Assembly (NCBI RefSeq): GCF_046736035.1
Contig: NZ_CP177130.1
Coordinates: forward strand, 1,615,279 to 1,647,278
Length of the DNA stretch: 32,000 bases
From: Salinicoccus sp. HZC-1
GTDB lineage: Bacteria > Bacillota > Bacilli > Staphylococcales > Salinicoccaceae
Direction: 5' to 3'
In this document: piece after piece, positions 28,246 through 32,000 of the stretch
Layout of the letters: each line of letters begins with the position of its first letter
How positions within the stretch are numbered: the first letter of the stretch is position 1
Position numbers and translations under genes: made by a program
Notes under the pieces: generated by a model
The model's input: the letters and a program-made list of their open reading frames with translations, nothing else
Databases searched by the model: none
Told to the model about the DNA's origin: nothing

Positions 28246-29964
28246 TTAATCATCATCCATTGAAGAAAGGTCACCAGCCGGTAAATCTAACTCCCATGCT
28301 TTCAGTACGCGTCTCATTATTTTACCGCTTCTCGTCTTAGGCAGCTTATCTTTAAATTCGATTTCTCTTGGAGCAGCATGAGCGGCAAGCCCTTCTTTTA
28401 CAAAGACTCGGATTTCTTCTTTCAGCTCATCTGTTTGATCGAATCCTTCGCGGATTGCAATGAATGCTTTTACAATTTCACCGCGTACAGGGTCCGGTTT
28501 ACCGATGACACCCGCTTCTTGAACGGCAGGATGTTCAACCAGTTTTGACTCGATTTCGAATGGTCCCACTCTTTCACCTGCAGTCATGATGACGTCATCT
28601 ACACGTCCCTGGAACCAGAAATATCCATCCTCATCCATATAAGCCGAGTCGCCGGAAATATACCAGTCGCCGATAAAGTAGGAATCATATTTCGCATCAT
28701 TTTTCCAGATTTTACGCATCATAGCCGGCCAGCCTTTTTTAAGTGCAAGGTTGCCCATGCGGTTTGGCGGTAGCTCATTGCCTTCATCATCAATGATTGT
28801 TGCTTCAGTTCCAGGCAGGGCCTTGCCCATGGAACCGGCTTTAATATCCATTGAAGGGAAGTTGACAATCATATGTGCGCCCGTCTCCGTCATCCACCAA
28901 GTATCATGGATTCTTAAGTTGAATACTTTCATTCCCCATTTTACAACTTCTGGGTTTAATGGTTCTCCGACTGATAGTATATGACGCAGGCTGGATAAAT
29001 CATAATCATTTACAATTTCATCCCCGGCGCCCATCAGCATACGGAAAGCAGTGGGAGCACTGTACCAGATTGTCACCTTAAGATCCTGAATCGCACCAAA
29101 CCATGCTTCCGGTGAGAATCTGCCCCCGACGACAACATTAGTGGCGCCATTCAGCCATGGAGCGAATATACCATAGGATGTACCTGTTACCCAGCCCGGG
29201 TCAGCAGTACACCAGTAAATGTCGTCCTCTTTTAGATCGAGGACATACTTCCCTGAAATATATTGCTGTACCATTGCATGTTGTACATGCAAGACACCCT
29301 TAGGCTGTCCTGTGGATCCACTTGTATAGTGAAGGATCATACCGTCTTCTTTATCCAGCCATTCAATATCGAAATCTTCTGAAGCGTTTTCAAAACTCTT
29401 GTTAAAGTCGATGTATTTCTCACCGGCATCAGCACCATCGCCGACAACTACTACTTTTTCCAGGTTTGGCAAGTCGTCTACAGGAATACGTGGTAACAGT
29501 TCAGATGTTGTCACAATAACTTTCGCATCACTGTTTTCAAGACGGTCCCTGACTGCCTTTTCCATGAACGCTTCAAACAACGGTCCGACGATGGCTCCGA
29601 CTTTTAAAGCACCCAGTAGTGAGAAATAAAGTTCTGGGCTCCTGGCCATGAATATGAAAACCCTGTCCCCTTTCACAACGTCTGCTTCATTTTTTAAGAT
29701 ATTTGCAGCTTTATTGGAAGCTTTTTTTAATTCTTCATAAGTATAGGAAGAGTGTCTTTCTCCATTTTTATAATGGAGTGCAATTTTATCAGACAACCCA
29801 TTTTCAGCATGCTTATCAATTGCCTCATAAGCCATGTTGTATTTGCCTGTTTCATACCAGGAAAAGTTTTTTTCAATTTCATCCCAATCAAAATTTTTAA
29901 CCGCTTCATCATAATCTTTCAAATTAGGATTTTGATCTGTTGATTCATAAATTTCTACTTTCAT
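28246..29964 (-). CDS. acsA: Acetyl-CoA synthetase (AMP-forming)
   Basis: AMP-binding motif YTSGSTGQPKG and a C-terminal PKTRSGKIMRR containing the conserved regulatory Lys. The start is MKVEIYEST at ATG 29964 after GGGGAG; the track extension to 30033 is rejected. Confidence 0.95.
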   Translation of the reverse strand: MKVEIYESTDQNPNLKDYDEAVKNFDWDEIEKNFSWYETGKYNMAYEAIDKHAENGLSDKIALHYKNGERHSSYTYEELKKASNKAANILKNEADVVKGDRVFIFMARSPELYFSLLGALKVGAIVGPLFEAFMEKAVRDRLENSDAKVIVTTSELLPRIPVDDLPNLEKVVVVGDGADAGEKYIDFNKSFENASEDFDIEWLDKEDGMILHYTSGSTGQPKGVLHVQHAMVQQYISGKYVLDLKEDDIYWCTADPGWVTGTSYGIFAPWLNGATNVVVGGRFSPEAWFGAIQDLKVTIWYSAPTAFRMLMGAGDEIVNDYDLSSLRHILSVGEPLNPEVVKWGMKVFNLRIHDTWWMTETGAHMIVNFPSMDIKAGSMGKALPGTEATIIDDEGNELPPNRMGNLALKKGWPAMMRKIWKNDAKYDSYFIGDWYISGDSAYMDEDGYFWFQGRVDDVIMTAGERVGPFEIESKLVEHPAVQEAGVIGKPDPVRGEIVKAFIAIREGFDQTDELKEEIRVFVKEGLAAHAAPREIEFKDKLPKTRSGKIMRRVLKAWELDLPAGDLSSMDDD

Positions 29965-30066
29965 ATTGTAACTCCCCTTTTGTATTTTTCTTTTACAACT
30001 ATTATTATATAATATAAGTGACGGATTTTTCAAAATTTTAAATTAAAATCTTCAGGAGGGCTTCTT

Positions 30067-30699
30067 TTGCGCCATATAAAGACGTATTATAAAGAAGATT
30101 ACAAGGTTAAAGATCAGTCCTTTGTCATCGAGGGTCCACTGACGGGAGAAGAATTAAAGCAGTATACCTATGATGACGGACTGGATGCATTCCGTTTGCC
30201 GAAAGAGCAATTCGAGGCGATTACAGAAATCGCCGATCTCGAAGAAGGCCGAATCATTATTGTGCGGACAGGCAGCCATATCATTGGTTATGTCACTTTT
30301 CTGCATCCGGACCCAATGGAAAGATGGTCTGATGGAAACCTGCCTTACATCATGGAGCTTGGTGCTGTTGAGGTCAGCTTTGATTACCGGAGTTTTGGAT
30401 TGGGCAAACGTTTGCTGCAGCTTGGTATGCTTGATGAATATATGGAGAACTATATCATTATCACTACCGAATATTACTGGCACTGGGATTTAAAAAACAG
30501 CGGTCTGGATGTTTATGAATATAAAAAATTGATGATCAGGCTGATGGCCAGCAGTGGTTTTGAAGTATTTCAGACGAATGATCCGGAAATCACCGGCCAT
30601 CCGGCAAATACACTGATGGCGCGTATAGGTAAAAATATTACAGATGATCAGATGATGGAATTCGATAAAATCAGATTTAAAAACAGATTTTTCTTTTAG
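30067..30699 (+). CDS. acuA: Acetoin utilization protein AcuA (GNAT protein acetyltransferase acting on AcsA)
   Basis: 210 aa. TTG start 7 nt after AGGAGGG. The sequence pattern (IIGYVTFLHPDPMERWS..., YRSFGLGKRLL) and the position divergent from acsA match B. subtilis acuA. Confidence 0.85.
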   Translation: MRHIKTYYKEDYKVKDQSFVIEGPLTGEELKQYTYDDGLDAFRLPKEQFEAITEIADLEEGRIIIVRTGSHIIGYVTFLHPDPMERWSDGNLPYIMELGAVEVSFDYRSFGLGKRLLQLGMLDEYMENYIIITTEYYWHWDLKNSGLDVYEYKKLMIRLMASSGFEVFQTNDPEITGHPANTLMARIGKNITDDQMMEFDKIRFKNRFFF

Positions 30700-30711
30700 G
30701 GGGAAACTTAG

Positions 30712-31350
30712 ATGCTTGTCGAAAGAATTATGACTTCACCCGTATTGACTCTGGGTCCGAATAATACGATTGAAGATGCCATGGAGATGATGAGTAAGCA
30801 ATCTTTTCGTCACATACCAATTATTAATGAAGAAGAAACACTCGTAGGAATCATTTCGGATCGTGATATCAAATTAACATTACCTTCGGTGCTGTCTGAT
30901 GACGATCCTGATTTTAATTTAAAAGTCCCGATATCACGCATAATGAGAAAACGTGTCACTTATTGCCATCCCCTCGACTTTGTAGAAGAAATCGCACTTG
31001 ATTTTTATCATTATTCCATCGGTGCCATGCCTGTTGTCACTAATAATAAAATCGTGGGAATCGTCACTCAAAAAGATATGCTGAATACATTTTTGGAACT
31101 GACCGGAATTACAGAACCGGGTTCTATCATCGAAATAAACATAGAAGATAGAACGGGTGTCATCCATGACATCGGTAAAGTGTTCAAGGATCTTAATATA
31201 AAAATCATCAGTGTCTCTGTTTACAGAAATAAAGAAATGAAGGGGTATAAAACAATCGTCTTAAGAATCCAGGCAATGAATCCAGGCAAAGCGATTGAAA
31301 AACTGAAAGAAAAAGGGTTTACAGTTGTGGATCCTATGCATATGGGCTAA
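30712..31350 (+). CDS. acuB: Acetoin utilization protein AcuB (CBS-pair plus ACT domain)
   Basis: Two CBS-like repeats (IMTSPVLTL...GIISDRDI; IMRKRVTYC...GIVTQKDM) and a C-terminal ACT-like segment. It lies between acuA and acuC. Confidence 0.85.
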   Translation: MLVERIMTSPVLTLGPNNTIEDAMEMMSKQSFRHIPIINEEETLVGIISDRDIKLTLPSVLSDDDPDFNLKVPISRIMRKRVTYCHPLDFVEEIALDFYHYSIGAMPVVTNNKIVGIVTQKDMLNTFLELTGITEPGSIIEINIEDRTGVIHDIGKVFKDLNIKIISVSVYRNKEMKGYKTIVLRIQAMNPGKAIEKLKEKGFTVVDPMHMG

Positions 31351-32000
31351 TGAATAAACCACTGTATGTTTACGATGATTCATTGCTTAAGTACCGTTTT
31401 AACTCCACCCACCCTTTCAATCAGATGAGACTTAAAATGACAACAGATTTACTGCAGTCTGCAGGTTTATTAAATGAAAATGACATCATAAAGCCCAGGG
31501 AAGCCACTGATGATGAATTATTGCTGGTCCATAAAAAAGATTATATCGATGCTGTCAAATCAGCTGGTGAAGGCACTTTACCGGAAGACAAAATGGAAAG
31601 CTATGGATTGAACACAGAAGATACTCCCAGCTTCAGCGGTATGCATGAGAAAAGCAGAATGCTGGTAGGTGCAACATTAACTGCAGTTGATGCAGTGATG
31701 GAAGGCCGTGCAGATAAGGCGGTCAGTCTTGCGGGCGGATTACATCACGGATTCAGCGGCAGAGCAAGCGGCTTTTGTGTCTATAACGATTCAGCGGTAG
31801 CAATCGAGTATATGCGTAAGAAATACTCAAAAAAAGTGATGTATGTCGATACAGACGCACATCATGGTGACGGTGTACAATGGATTTTCTATGATTCGAA
31901 TGAGGTCATGACCTACTCTATTCACGAAACCGGCCGTTATCTGTTTCCAGGCACGGGCAGCCTGACCGAACGTGGTACCGAGGAAGGTTTCGGCTTTGCT
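31350..32000 (+). CDS. acuC: Acetoin utilization protein AcuC (class I HDAC-type deacetylase); partial, running off the window
   Basis: Not in the ORF track because no stop lies in the window. My translation from ATG 31350 (TAATG overlap with acuB) gives MNKPLYVYDDSLLKYRFNSTHPFNQMRL...GGLHHGFSGRASGFCVYND...DTDAHHGDGVQ, which carries HDAC-family motifs. Confidence 0.9.
   Translation, partial: MNKPLYVYDDSLLKYRFNSTHPFNQMRLKMTTDLLQSAGLLNENDIIKPREATDDELLLVHKKDYIDAVKSAGEGTLPEDKMESYGLNTEDTPSFSGMHEKSRMLVGATLTAVDAVMEGRADKAVSLAGGLHHGFSGRASGFCVYNDSAVAIEYMRKKYSKKVMYVDTDAHHGDGVQWIFYDSNEVMTYSIHETGRYLFPGTGSLTERGTEEGFGFA

Overview
AT-rich Firmicute chromosome. The order tyrS - class A PBP - fhs - acsA / acuABC resembles Bacillales or Staphylococcaceae; that placement rests on remembered synteny, not a search. 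About 27 protein genes can be supported, most of them core metabolism or envelope housekeeping. They are: a metallophosphoesterase (partial), a histidine phosphatase, CstA, a C45 Ntn-hydrolase, a DUF421 protein, an MFS transporter, a DUF418 protein, an NCS1 permease, an M19 dipeptidase, a YjiH-like membrane protein, an NRDE protein, a YumC-type ferredoxin-NADP reductase, a LemA-TPM pair, tyrS with a Tyr T-box leader, a bifunctional PBP, fhs, acsA and acuA-acuB-acuC (partial). Two regions look accessory. The first is a complete Bce-type module (response regulator, intramembrane-sensing kinase, ABC ATPase, FtsX-type permease; 4569-9025). Upstream of its transporter genes sits a perfect 14-4-14 inverted repeat whose core matches the B. 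subtilis BceR operator as I remember it. The second is an apparently intact 1705-bp IS3-family element (16743-18447) with an A AAA AAG frameshift site, 35-bp imperfect terminal repeats and a 3-bp TTA duplication. It has inserted exactly into the loop of the terminator of the upstream gene. The 10-mer TGAAAACGTT, which is the left half plus centre of an ideal CcpA cre box, occurs three times, each time in an intergenic 5' region. I found no CRISPR array, prophage, rRNA or tRNA gene, and no recognisable defence or toxin-antitoxin system. I cannot honestly point to a clearly novel multi-gene system. The unexplained items are small: an acidic orphan lipoprotein, a 99-aa membrane protein, and the functionally unresolved LemA/TPM, NRDE and DUF families. 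All function calls come from reading motifs in the supplied translations and from memory of protein families. No database search was run.
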